NCBI GenBank assembly: GCA_022711115.1
Contig: JAKLFP010000006.1
Span: forward strand, 86,214-150,213
Length of the DNA: 64,000 nt
Origin: Candidatus Omnitrophota bacterium
GTDB lineage: Bacteria; Omnitrophota; Omnitrophia; Omnitrophales; Aquincolibacteriaceae
Reading direction: 5' to 3'
This document shows positions 19,131 to 28,900 of this stretch, piece after piece. Numbering within the stretch: position 1 is the first letter of the stretch; each line of letters opens with the position of its first letter. A model generated the notes under the pieces. It was not told the DNA's origin. It saw only the letters and a list, made by a program, of their open reading frames with translations, and ran no database searches. A program made the position numbers and the translations under genes.

Positions 19131-20075
19131 TTATCGGCCAAGGATTTTTTTTGCAGTCTTGACAATATAAGGCGAAGTAAGATTGTATTTTTCCAAAAGC
19201 TCTTCGGGTTGACCGGATTCCGCGTAAGTATCCTGAATAGCCACAAATCCCACCTTGCAAGGATGTTTCCTGGCAAGCAATGTCGCAACCGCACTCCCGA
19301 GACCGCCCCAGATTTGATGTTCTTCCGCGACTACCACGTGCCCGGTCTTTTTAGCTTCTTCAAGGATCAGTTCGGCATCCAGGGGCTTTACAGTGTGCAT
19401 ATCAATGACGCTAGCTTGAATACCATCATCCTCGGCTAGTTTTTCTGCGGCGCATAGGGCTTCAAAAACAAGAAAACCGTTGGCGATAATCGTTAGGTCC
19501 TTTCCTTCGCGCATCCGAACGCCTTTACCGATTTTGAATGGGGTCGCGGCTTTATGAATGATCGGAGCTTTCGGCCGACCCGTACGGATATACACCGGAG
19601 CGGGATAATGAACCGCTTCCAAAACCAACGCGCGCGTTTCGACCTCATCGCTTGGAACCATGACCACAAAACCGGGCAGACTGGTCATCAAGGCAACGTC
19701 TTCGATGCTCATCTGCGAAGCCCCGTCTTCCCCCACCGTAATACCGCCATGGGAACCGACCACTTTGACATTGAGTTCTGAAAAAGCAACGCCCATGCGG
19801 AATTGGTCAAAACCCTTGCAAACCAAAAAAGACGCAAAACTGGAAATGAACGGGATCTTCCCGCAAGACGCAAGACCGGATGCAACACCGACCAGATTGG
19901 CTTCCTGGATTCCGACATTTAAAAAACGTTCCGGAAACACCTGGCTAAAAGCGTAGGATTTGGTGGATTTGGAAAGGTCTGCATCCAGCACCACCACATT
20001 CGGATTGGCTTTGCCGATCTCGACGATCGTTTCACCGTAAGCATCTCGTGTGGGCTTCCCGTATTTCTTTTCCAT
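19131..20075 (-). CDS. Transketolase, C-terminal (pyrimidine-binding) subunit
   Basis: 314 aa. It shows the layout of the split transketolase second half (ERFLNVGIQEANLVGVASGLA, GSHGGITVGEDGASQMSIEDV). Confidence 0.9.
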   Translation of the reverse strand: MEKKYGKPTRDAYGETIVEIGKANPNVVVLDADLSKSTKSYAFSQVFPERFLNVGIQEANLVGVASGLASCGKIPFISSFASFLVCKGFDQFRMGVAFSELNVKVVGSHGGITVGEDGASQMSIEDVALMTSLPGFVVMVPSDEVETRALVLEAVHYPAPVYIRTGRPKAPIIHKAATPFKIGKGVRMREGKDLTIIANGFLVFEALCAAEKLAEDDGIQASVIDMHTVKPLDAELILEEAKKTGHVVVAEEHQIWGGLGSAVATLLARKHPCKVGFVAIQDTYAESGQPEELLEKYNLTSPYIVKTAKKILGR

Positions 20076-20076
20076 T

Positions 20077-20895
20077 TTAAGTGAGTTCCTTCAAAGCTTT
20101 TTCCACTTCCGCCGGCGTCGGAGCCACCCCGTGATAATGATTATTCCCTTCCATGAATGAAACACCTTTGCCTTTAATCGTATGTGCCACGATCATTGCC
20201 GGTCGATCTTTGACCTTTTTGGCTTTTTCAACAGCGTTCAAAATCGCCTTGAGATCATGCCCGTCGATCTCCTGTACATGCCAGCAGAAAGATTCCCACT
20301 TTTTGATGACGGGTTCCATATCGCAGATCACGCGGGTGGCATCATCCAGCTGGAATTTATTATAGTCAAGGAACGCAATCAGATGATCCACCTTATGATG
20401 CGCAGCCATGGCCGCGGCTTCCCAGGTCTGGCCTTCATTCATCTCACCATCGCTTGTGACCACGTAGGTATAATAATTTTTTTTATCAAGACGCCGCGCA
20501 AGCGCCATCCCGATCCCCATCGATAATCCCTGTCCAAGAGACCCCGTGGAAGCTTCCACACCCGGTAGCTTCCGACGATCCGGATGCCCTTGAAGGGGGC
20601 TGCCAAATTTGCGAAAATCTTTTAACGTGCTAGGATCAAAATAGCCGGCCTCCGACAATACAGAATAAAGCGCCGGCGAGGCATGTCCTTTACTTAAAAT
20701 GCAGCGGTCACGGTCCGGCCAATGAGGATCCTGGGGGTTGTGGTCCATGAGGTTAAAATAGAGGGCGACCAGTATTTCAGTCGCGGAAAGCGAGCCGCCC
20801 GGATGACCGGAGGCTGCGGCACCCGTCATCTCGACGATATGTCGGCGAACCACTTTTGCCTTGGCCTTAAGCTGTTCTATCGAAAAATTTTCCAT
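20077..20895 (-). CDS. Transketolase, N-terminal (TPP-binding) subunit
   Basis: 272 aa. GHPGGSLS, SKGHASPALY and the GDGEMNEG-like TSDGEMNEGQTWEA. It sits 1 nt upstream of the C-terminal subunit. Confidence 0.9.
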   Translation of the reverse strand: MENFSIEQLKAKAKVVRRHIVEMTGAAASGHPGGSLSATEILVALYFNLMDHNPQDPHWPDRDRCILSKGHASPALYSVLSEAGYFDPSTLKDFRKFGSPLQGHPDRRKLPGVEASTGSLGQGLSMGIGMALARRLDKKNYYTYVVTSDGEMNEGQTWEAAAMAAHHKVDHLIAFLDYNKFQLDDATRVICDMEPVIKKWESFCWHVQEIDGHDLKAILNAVEKAKKVKDRPAMIVAHTIKGKGVSFMEGNNHYHGVAPTPAEVEKALKELT

Positions 20896-21044
20896 GAATA
20901 TAAGGACTGTCCTGACTGCTCATTAAAACACTTGTATAGGGGAATGAGGAATGAAGTTTAACGGCTTTCAGTGTTACCGTCAATGACTAAAAACCTGTGG
21001 TTTGTCCGTTGCGCGCCTTGCCCTCTGCGTGTTATTCTTACGAC

Positions 21045-22169
21045 ATGTCCAAACCAGCGGCTCTGATCATCGGCTCCAGCGAGAAAGATTCTGACCTTTT
21101 TTATGCAACAAAGTTCATCGCACCGGATCCTTTTATTTTTGTGGAGATCCGGAATAAAAAATATCTCCTCGCTAACGATCTTGAGATCGACCGTGCCAAA
21201 AAACAGGCCGCCGTTCATGCCGTGGTCTCAACCTCTGTTTTAAGCAAAGCCTACCGCGCAAAGTTCAAGAAAGCCGCACCCCTCGAGGAGAAGCTTTTCT
21301 GGTTCCTGAAAAAGCATCGGGTCAAGTCCTTGATCATTCCTGCGGATTTCCCAGTCCGGTATTACGAGCCTTTAAAGCGCGCGGGATTCCGGATTCGCTA
21401 CAAAAATCCTCCTTTTTATGAAAAGCGCAGCATCAAGAACCGCTATGAAATTGCGGCGATCAAACAAGCTCTTCGCGCCACGGAATATGCCGTCGCGAAA
21501 GCGATCCAGGTCCTGAAAAAAAGCGTCATCAAAAAAAACAGGCTTTATTACAAATCAAAGCTTCTCACCAGCGAATTTCTCAAAACGATCATCCATCAAT
21601 CTCTTCTGGAAAAAAGCTGCATCGGAGAACATACGATCGTTTCCTGCGGCCAGCAGACCATCGACCCGCATCACCGCGGCTCCGGCCCCCTTTACGCGCA
21701 CCAACCGATCATCATGGATGTCTTCCCCCGTCATGAGCAAACGCTTTATTACGCGGATTTCACGCGCACGGTTGTCCGCGGCAAAGCTTCGCCTGTGTTG
21801 AAAAGAATGTATGCTGCCGTCAAAGAGGGCCAGAAAATTGCCTTTCAAATGATCCGTGCGAGGATGGACGGGAAAAAAGTTCATGCCGCAATTCAAGAAA
21901 GATTCTCGCAATCCGGTTTCCAGACCGGAAACATGGGAGGTCGCATGCAAGGTTTTTTCCATAGCACAGGACACGGCCTCGGGTTGGATATCCACGAGCC
22001 GCCGCGCATCGGCGCCGCCACTGACCTCTTGAAGGCGGGGCAGGTGGTGACTGTGGAGCCCGGACTTTATTATAAGGGTATCGGCGGTGTACGTCTGGAA
22101 GATGTGGTGCTTGTCACAAAAAAAGGCTGCACCAACCTCACTAAATTTCCTAAATTCTTAGAACTCTAA
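21045..22169 (+). CDS. M24-family Xaa-Pro peptidase
   Basis: The ORF track starts at 20997. MSKPAALI at 21045 is the more likely start. HSTGHGLGLDIHEPP, VEPGLY and GGVRLED form the metal-ligand pattern of M24B. Confidence 0.85.
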   Translation: MSKPAALIIGSSEKDSDLFYATKFIAPDPFIFVEIRNKKYLLANDLEIDRAKKQAAVHAVVSTSVLSKAYRAKFKKAAPLEEKLFWFLKKHRVKSLIIPADFPVRYYEPLKRAGFRIRYKNPPFYEKRSIKNRYEIAAIKQALRATEYAVAKAIQVLKKSVIKKNRLYYKSKLLTSEFLKTIIHQSLLEKSCIGEHTIVSCGQQTIDPHHRGSGPLYAHQPIIMDVFPRHEQTLYYADFTRTVVRGKASPVLKRMYAAVKEGQKIAFQMIRARMDGKKVHAAIQERFSQSGFQTGNMGGRMQGFFHSTGHGLGLDIHEPPRIGAATDLLKAGQVVTVEPGLYYKGIGGVRLEDVVLVTKKGCTNLTKFPKFLEL

Positions 22170-22252
22170 AGGTTGTTGGTGCTGCACTAAATTCCTTATT
22201 CAAAAAAATTAATGGGAGTCAGTGCTGCACCAACCTTACTAAATTTCCTAAA
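22126..22252. repeat. 29-nt direct repeat duplicating the 3' end of the M24 peptidase gene, with a partial middle copy and an inverted partial copy
   Basis: GCTGCACCAACCTCACTAAATTTCCTAAA (22126-22154, inside the CDS) matches GCTGCACCAACCTTACTAAATTTCCTAAA (22224-22252) at 28 of 29 positions. A partial copy GCTGCACTAAATTCCTTA lies at 22181-22198. AGGTTGTTGGTGCTGC (22169-22184) is an imperfect inverted copy of the repeat's 5' part. Confidence 0.6.
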
Positions 22253-22298
22253 CATTTGGAAATTTAAGATCCTGGCAATGCCGGGTACTGCAGAAGCT

Positions 22299-22664
22299 TT
22301 ATCGACCGCCTCTCATGACACCAGAAACAAGCGCTTCTTTTTTCTTCCTCGGCCATTCTTTGACTTCACATTCACGGACAAGGGCCTGTGTCCTATCTCC
22401 GCATTTCTCATGGTAGACCATTTCTACCGGTCGATGCACCCGCGTGTAACGAGAGGCCTTGCCGGTCTGATGCATTTTGAGACGCCGTTCCAGATCTTTA
22501 GTGATCCCCGTATAGAATGAATCGTCGCAGCATTTGAGAATATAAAGAAACCAATCTCCGCGGGTTTTTTCCCTCCGGGAAATCTTCTTCTTTTTTTGAA
22601 GCCCTTGAAGCATTTTTTTATAGGTTGGATGCATCTTAGAATCCGATCCACGTGCAAGGCGCAA
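22299..22664 (-). CDS. GIY-YIG nuclease-domain protein (YhbQ/URI-like)
   Basis: WFLYILKCCDDSFYTGITKDLERRLKMHQTGKASRYT...VYHEKCGDRTQALVRECEVKEWPRKKKEAL matches the small GIY-YIG family. The start is uncertain (M1, M11 or M18). Confidence 0.8.
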   Translation of the reverse strand: MRLARGSDSKMHPTYKKMLQGLQKKKKISRREKTRGDWFLYILKCCDDSFYTGITKDLERRLKMHQTGKASRYTRVHRPVEMVYHEKCGDRTQALVRECEVKEWPRKKKEALVSGVMRGGR

Positions 22665-22693
22665 GGTTAGAAGGTCTTTTAGACACGCGTTGC

Positions 22694-22975
22694 TTATTGC
22701 TTTTTTGGGTCTTTAACGCGATGATGATACTTTATCGTTACAAAAACAACCGCGGTGAAAAATATCAGGTTGCTGTATCCAAACAGCCTGAAACTTAATT
22801 CCTTGGACGCGAAAGTCGCCGGCAACATCAAAAGGATGCAAGTCCAGACCCCCAAAAGCCACACCAGACTGATATCGTCCGAGGATTTGCGTTTGATGAT
22901 CCTGAGGATCATGGGGATGTTGAAAAGCGGCATGACAGCTCCCGCATAGATGGCGATATGCTGAAAGATCTCCAT
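22694..22975 (-). CDS. PQ-loop/SemiSWEET-like small 3-TM membrane protein
   Basis: The ORF track gives 22694..23146, but its first 57 codons overlap the azoR-like gene. Starting at MEIFQHI (22975) gives 93 aa and three TM segments. AGAVMPLFNIPMILRIIKRKSSDDISL resembles the PQ-loop motif, with P-M in place of P-Q. Confidence 0.5.
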   Translation of the reverse strand: MEIFQHIAIYAGAVMPLFNIPMILRIIKRKSSDDISLVWLLGVWTCILLMLPATFASKELSFRLFGYSNLIFFTAVVFVTIKYHHRVKDPKKQ

Positions 22976-22977
22976 TT

Positions 22978-23592
22978 TTACTTGTACCATTCCCTTGTGA
23001 TGGCTCTGACTTTTTCCTGAGCTTCCGCTACAATCTCCTCCGGCTGACGCTTCCCAGCGTTCATCCCCGACGCGGTCACGGCGCGAATGTCCGAAAATCC
23101 CATGAGTTGAAATTCCACTCTTGCCAGACTTACCGCGTGTTCCCAAGAGGCCATCGGCCCTTCATAAATCCCCCCGCTCGCCAAGAGAATCAGCGCTTTT
23201 TTCCCAGTCATAAGCCCTATGAATTTTCCGTCCTGGATATCCCAGGTCTCACTTTTGAGCAAAATAGAATCGAAATAAGTTTTAACGCATCCAGGCAAGG
23301 AGAAATTATGCATCGGTGTTGCCAGCACCACAATATCCGCCCCCTTGAACTGGGCGGTCATGCGGTCCATGGTTGCGATGGCCTTTTGATGAACGGCATC
23401 CAGCTTTTGTCCCATATAATTGCGTTGGATATAGGCCTCAAGACTTGTTTCCATGAAAAAGCCGGGGATATCTTTAAGAAGATCCAGAGATTCAATGGGT
23501 TGATTTTTTATGCCTTCCAAAAAAGCATCTGCTAACTTTTTTGTGTAGGATCGTTCTCCCCTTGGAAGATACGTCACCATCAGTGTTTTCAT
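22978..23592 (-). CDS. azoR: FMN-dependent NADH-azoreductase-like flavoprotein
   Basis: 204 aa. The N-terminal beta-strand with S/Y, ADIVVLATPMHNFSLPGCVKTYFD and GKKALILLASGG parallel the AzoR/flavodoxin-like fold family. Confidence 0.7.
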   Translation of the reverse strand: MKTLMVTYLPRGERSYTKKLADAFLEGIKNQPIESLDLLKDIPGFFMETSLEAYIQRNYMGQKLDAVHQKAIATMDRMTAQFKGADIVVLATPMHNFSLPGCVKTYFDSILLKSETWDIQDGKFIGLMTGKKALILLASGGIYEGPMASWEHAVSLARVEFQLMGFSDIRAVTASGMNAGKRQPEEIVAEAQEKVRAITREWYK

Positions 23593-23680
23593 GATCAGTC
23601 TCCTCTTCGAATCTCTGTTTGTTCAAGATCCAGTCTCAAACCAGTTTGCGACCGGATCTTAAAACGGGCCATCTGCAAAG

Positions 23681-24280
23681 TCACTCAAGTTGATCTGCTA
23701 ATTTCTGGGCCAAGGTATCCATTTGTTTTAGTAGGTAATCCGGTACAAGATCTTCTTCTTCGAGCTGACTTTTCGCTGAGTTAAGAAAACCTATTAACCG
23801 CTTCAAAACGCCGTTTCGTTTTTGCTCCTTGGCTTCCGGAGTGTCTTTGGGCTTATGGACTTCAAGGATCTTTTTGACCTGGGCCCGAACTTCCTTGGAT
23901 TCTTTGCCTTCGTTTAAAACATCGTTGCGAAGTTCCGCGAATTCATTGGTAGGAATATTTTTATTATTTTTGGCGAGCCGGAGCAAATTCACAGCTTCAT
24001 AATCCGGGATCTTTCTCGGCGTTTCTTCTTCCGTGTAATCCGGCTTTACAATCCGGGGCTCTTCTTTTTCAAGAAAAGAGTAAGATTTGATCAGTTTGGA
24101 GGCTGTGGCCTCTTTAACGCCTAATTCTTTATGACAATAAGTCTCAAACGCTTGATAGCCCCATTCTTTATAAAGCTTGTTCTTGTAGATCGAAAAAAGG
24201 TGCTGCCCGAGCTCGATCCAGGAAGCTTTGTGTTTTTTAGCCACTTCGACTGTTTTAGCTCTCAACTCATCGCTTCCCAT
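23681..24280 (-). CDS. Hypothetical protein (possible HTH, K/E-rich C-terminal half)
   Basis: 199-aa ORF with coding-like composition. I recognised no family. Confidence 0.55.
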   Translation of the reverse strand: MGSDELRAKTVEVAKKHKASWIELGQHLFSIYKNKLYKEWGYQAFETYCHKELGVKEATASKLIKSYSFLEKEEPRIVKPDYTEEETPRKIPDYEAVNLLRLAKNNKNIPTNEFAELRNDVLNEGKESKEVRAQVKKILEVHKPKDTPEAKEQKRNGVLKRLIGFLNSAKSQLEEEDLVPDYLLKQMDTLAQKLADQLE

Positions 24281-24317
24281 GTTTTCCTTTCATGTAACTT
24301 AAAATAACTTTAAACCT

Positions 24318-24944
24318 CTAATTGTTGATTAAAAAAGGCCGTTTTTTAAGCGCCTTTGCCAAAAAAAATCCTAAATTATTTTTAAATAATTTATAAAATC
24401 TGTCCTTCATAGTATTCTTCCTTGGAAAGGCAATCCTCGGAATGGGCTTGCCTAGAAAAGGGCACAACGTCTTCCACCCTTCGCCGTCACAAATCCGAAA
24501 GATCAATAATTGACTCGGTTTTTCCTTAAAATAATGCAACACGTCCGAAGTGTGGTTTAGATATAAATCTTCGCATTTTTCCTTGTCAATTTTTAAAAAA
24601 TCAAACTTATAAAAAGGATCTTTGCGGTTTACCCAGGCGTGCACTTGATTGCTTCGCATCCAAGATTCAAAATCGCGGCCCGTAAAGATAAACTGGCTGT
24701 CGGGATACTGCTGATCCAGGATCTTATAAAACTTTTTTACATTAAACCCCAGAAAGGCATCATATGTTTCAAGGCCGTCTAAAAGTTTTTTACCCTGATT
24801 CATATTTTCTTGAAATAAATCCATGAGGCGTTTGCCTTTAAAAACGTCATGAAGACTCCGATATCCCAAAAGAATCAGAGCCTCATGAAGCGATAAAGTC
24901 CCTGTTTTTCTAAGGCCGATACAAAATATTTTTTTATTTCCCAT
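24318..24944 (-). CDS. Sulfotransferase-family protein
   Basis: 208 aa. The N-terminal IFCIGLRKTGTLSLHEAL resembles the PAPS-binding P-loop-like motif (G-x-P-[RK]-T-G-T-T-S-L) of the Sulfotransfer_4-type family. Confidence 0.55.
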   Translation of the reverse strand: MGNKKIFCIGLRKTGTLSLHEALILLGYRSLHDVFKGKRLMDLFQENMNQGKKLLDGLETYDAFLGFNVKKFYKILDQQYPDSQFIFTGRDFESWMRSNQVHAWVNRKDPFYKFDFLKIDKEKCEDLYLNHTSDVLHYFKEKPSQLLIFRICDGEGWKTLCPFLGKPIPRIAFPRKNTMKDRFYKLFKNNLGFFLAKALKKRPFLINN

Positions 24945-25023
24945 AATTCCTTATCCAAAAAAACAGTTTTATGCTTCCGGTTTGTGCGTTTTTATTCTGA
25001 AAAATCTCCGCCTTGAACTAAAA

Positions 25024-25902
25024 TCAAATAAATTCCAAAAGGACTTTTCGGGGAATCATGCAACATTGATATGCTTCATCCATCAATCTCTGAAATCCCT
25101 CTTCCCCTTTTATGCCAAGTTCTAGCGTAAAATCGTTCACATACATGCCGACAAAACGATCATTCAGGTCTTCCGAAATACCGCGGCCGTACTGAAGCGC
25201 GTATGCTAAGGCTTCGCGACGGTGCGTCAATGCATACTGAATGCTTGTCTTGAAAAGTCTGGCGAAATCCCTGATTGTTTCTTTTCCCAGGTCGCGACGG
25301 ATAATATCGATGCCAAGCGGCAACGGAAGTTTTGTTTTTTCATGCCACCAGACACCCAGATCCACGGCCTTGTTCAGCCCATGCTTTTCATAAGTGATCT
25401 GCCCTTCATGAATGATCAAACCGTAATCTACTTCACCGTTTTTGACAGCATCAAGGATCTTGTCGAAAGGAACAAAAACAGGCGCAAAATTTTTTTCAAA
25501 AAGCTGGAGGACGAGAAATGCCGTAGTTAATTTACCGGGAATCGCTATTTTTTTATTCTTTAAATCGTGCCCCGGCGAACGAGGAGCATCCCCCTTGCAA
25601 ACCAGAATGGGTCCGTAACCATCGCCCACGCTCGCGCCGGAACGCATCACGATATATGGATCCGCCAGATAAGCGTAGGCGTGACAGGAAACGGCCGTCA
25701 CCTCAAGCTCCCCTTGGAGTGCTCGCTGGTTCAGACTTTCGATATCCTCGATCACATGCTCAACCTCGAACCCGCATATATCGATCTTTTTTTTAGCGAG
25801 CGCATAAAACATGAAGGCGTCGTCAGGATCGGGGCTGTGGCCGATGCGGATAAGTTGTTTGCCTGTGGTTTTCATAGGGAAGGCATTATAACGCAATTTC
25901 AA
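25024..25902 (-). CDS. MqnA/MqnD-family protein (futalosine-pathway, 1,4-dihydroxy-6-naphthoate synthase-like)
   Basis: 292 aa. IRIGHSPDPDDAFMFYAL, LEVTAVSCHAY and SGASVGDGYGPILV parallel the MqnD signature (GxSPCPNDTFxFxAL ...). The start may be the internal MKTTGKQ. Confidence 0.6.
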   Translation of the reverse strand: MKLRYNAFPMKTTGKQLIRIGHSPDPDDAFMFYALAKKKIDICGFEVEHVIEDIESLNQRALQGELEVTAVSCHAYAYLADPYIVMRSGASVGDGYGPILVCKGDAPRSPGHDLKNKKIAIPGKLTTAFLVLQLFEKNFAPVFVPFDKILDAVKNGEVDYGLIIHEGQITYEKHGLNKAVDLGVWWHEKTKLPLPLGIDIIRRDLGKETIRDFARLFKTSIQYALTHRREALAYALQYGRGISEDLNDRFVGMYVNDFTLELGIKGEEGFQRLMDEAYQCCMIPRKVLLEFI

Positions 25903-25992
25903 AAAAATCGGGACTAGTTCCTCGGATCTTGAAACTCTTTTTGGTTTTTTATTGAGACGAATCTCATGGAACGAAATCCGAATCCGTGCTTT

Positions 25993-28900
25993 TTACGCGC
26001 TTCTTGCCATCGCGAACTGCGCTTGGACTTCCGTCACAAGCGTATTGATGCGGTCCCCAGCAAGGGTGAGGAAATTCTTGAGCATTTTAGGCATCACCAG
26101 CATCGTATCCGGCCATTGCGCTTTCAGGGCCACGGCCAAAGGTTCGCTCGCATAGGCCAATGGCTTGAGATTTAAAGATAAAATACCGGTACTGCGCAGA
26201 CGCGCGGCTTCTATATCCAGGAGTTTTCTCGCTTCATCCAGATGATCGGCTGGAAGGATCGGCGGCCGATGGGCTTGGGCAAGCTGGATATTGATTTTTT
26301 CAAGGAAGCCGCGGTCTGCGGCATTACGTACTAATACGATAACAGGCGTATCGCCGAAAATCGGACGGATAGCCGCGATCAAGCCATGATCCAGCGCAAG
26401 TTCAGGAGCAAGGATCAAGGCATCGGAGGTGGAAATTGTTTTAATCCCAAGGGCTTTAAGCGCTTGGGTGAAACGAACTTTGTCCAGAACCTGTTGAGCC
26501 TTTTGCACCATAGAATCCGGCAAAAGCGATATGGCAAGTTCCGCCGCGTTAAAGGCATAAGCCTGAAGCGAAACAAGGCCATCAGTCAGCTTTTCCGTTA
26601 CTCCTTCGAAACCTTGCAGGTTCCCGCCACCTATTTTTCTGTTTTCCCTGATCAGGTCTTCGATAGTTTTCACGGCAACACGCTCTGGCGTAAAAGTCGT
26701 CAAAGTAACCGTAGGAAGCGGAACAGACAAAGGAACATTTCCAACAACGGCTGCTGTCATGGTGGGTGTTACCGTATGAATCGCCATGGTTTGCCGCACT
26801 TCCGAACGTGACGCCTTTCCTTTGTCTGCCTGTAATTCAGAATGGATAGGTTTAAGATGTAAAATTTGCGCATGATCCCCATCCCTGACCGGTACGCGAT
26901 GTTTCCAACCCGAAAGCAAGTTATCGCGTTCTCCATAGTTTTCCCAGGTTAACATATCCACTACTTGGTAACGGACGCCCGGGTCGATCATTCTTTCAAG
27001 ACCGTTTGTAAGTGTTGTCGATACTTTCCCGTCACCGGCTAATTCACCCTCCTGAATGCCGAAAATAATCGAGGCAAAAACCATTTGCCCAGAATCACTT
27101 TTCCTTGCGAAAACAAGAGAACTCTGATTGGAAGGATCAAAAACTGTCCATTGATGTCCTTCAGCATCGGAAAGATTGTCTCCAAAAACAGCTTTGATCT
27201 CTGTGACTGCCTTCCGAAGTTTTGAGTAATATCCCGGGTTCCAATGTGCAACTTCGGATTTTTCTAGAAGTTCCGGTCTAAAAAGAGCTATCAGGGTCAT
27301 TAAGGGCTTTATGTTTTCTCCAAAGTAATGGGCCGCATCTTTAGCCGAAAAACTGGCCATGATCGCCAATTGTTCAAAAAAGTGGTCCGACCGTACAACA
27401 CCGTCTGTTAAAGTGTACCCTCTGCCTTTTTGGCGGACGAGTTGTTTCATAAGCGCCATCGCAGAGGTTTCACGGTTTCGGATCTTTTCCGCAATATTGG
27501 CAACTTCCGGCAACTCAATGGCCTCCCATTCTTGGACTTCCACAGCGATGGGCATCGAGATCGACGCAGGAACTTCCGAAGCGACTTCATCGCTATGTTG
27601 AATGGTGTGCTTTTTCTCGTATTTGGGGTCCGAGATTCGAACAAGAGGAACATTGCCCGTTTTTCCGACCAACCCGGCAAAGATAGCCGGATCGATGGCG
27701 ATGGAAGTCCGAGACTTGAAAAGTTTCCCCCCGCTCGAGGGGACTTCTTCTCTCACAGGAGCACCTGTATTAATATTCACCTGAAGCGGTTTTCCTCCTC
27801 GTGGAGTAAAAATGAAAGATTGGATCTCGGTGCGCCGGCTCTTTAGGGGTTTGGCGGCCGGATGACCTTCAAGGTAACGCACAATATAAACAGCCCAAGG
27901 CTGATATTTGGGACTGACGTTTTGCGTCAATTCTTTTCTTAGTTTATGGGCTTCCGCGGGAGAAGCTTGCATGTAACGTTCAAACCAATCACCCGCCATA
28001 CGAAGCAACAGTTCTTCTGTCAGATCCAAAGCTTCCAAATTAAGCCGGATTCTTGTCTTTTCATCTGCCGTTTCCGCTTCCGCGGCTAATTGTCCGATCC
28101 GTTTTTTAAAGGGCTCCAATCCTGAAGAAAATTTGGTGAGGACTTGCTCGCGTAAATATCTGAAGATATCATCGTAATAAACATGATGCCGTAAGCTGTT
28201 TAAGGCTTCAACGCCGCGCGAAGAAGGGCTTCCCGTGGGCTGCCATGTTTTGATTTCTCGAAATGAACGGAACATCCCGAAAAGCCCCAAGCCTTCAGCT
28301 GAATGTTTTCGGAATCTGCTTAAACCCTCCCACACAAAATCAGGCGCCTGCACAGGAACCGCATAATCGGAAAACTGATATTGAAGCTGGCTAAATAACG
28401 CTTCCCGCTCTTCATTTTCCTTGAGCATATTTTCAAACAAATAGGCGTGCCCCATGGCCTGTCCTGTCACCATATCCACACGCCAGGCGGCCGCTACGGA
28501 TTGATACATACGTTCACGGCGGGTCGCAGGATCTTTTCTTAATGCTTTGACTGTTTTCAAGGCTTCAAAGAGACTGCGGGCCGAAGGGCGCCTCCCCCCG
28601 CCTTCCTGGCTACTTTTCTCGCTATCGTCATAGGCTACAAAAACACCGCTCAAAATCTCCCAGTCACCGCTTCTTAAACGTTCCCTCAAAATGTCCTGAG
28701 TGATCACTTTGGTGTTCGGTTCCCCTTTTTCATTCAAGACATCGATCATCGCCCCTGTTTTTCTGTCGCGGATCACCCAAACCTCGGGGTTGCTTCCGGC
28801 AAAAGGTCCGACAACTTCGCCTCCGTTGGCCATGACTTTCATCATGCTCGTGGCGGAAGCTTCCAGATCTTCATCGGACAGCATAACTCCTGCTTGGGCT

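Noticed and set aside
22976-23146. The N-terminal 57 codons of ORF 22694..23146 (MGTRGKSGKSGISTHG...).
   Set aside because: This is an off-frame overlap with the azoR-like gene. It is G/S/R-rich and non-membrane, whereas the remaining 93 aa form a coherent 3-TM protein.
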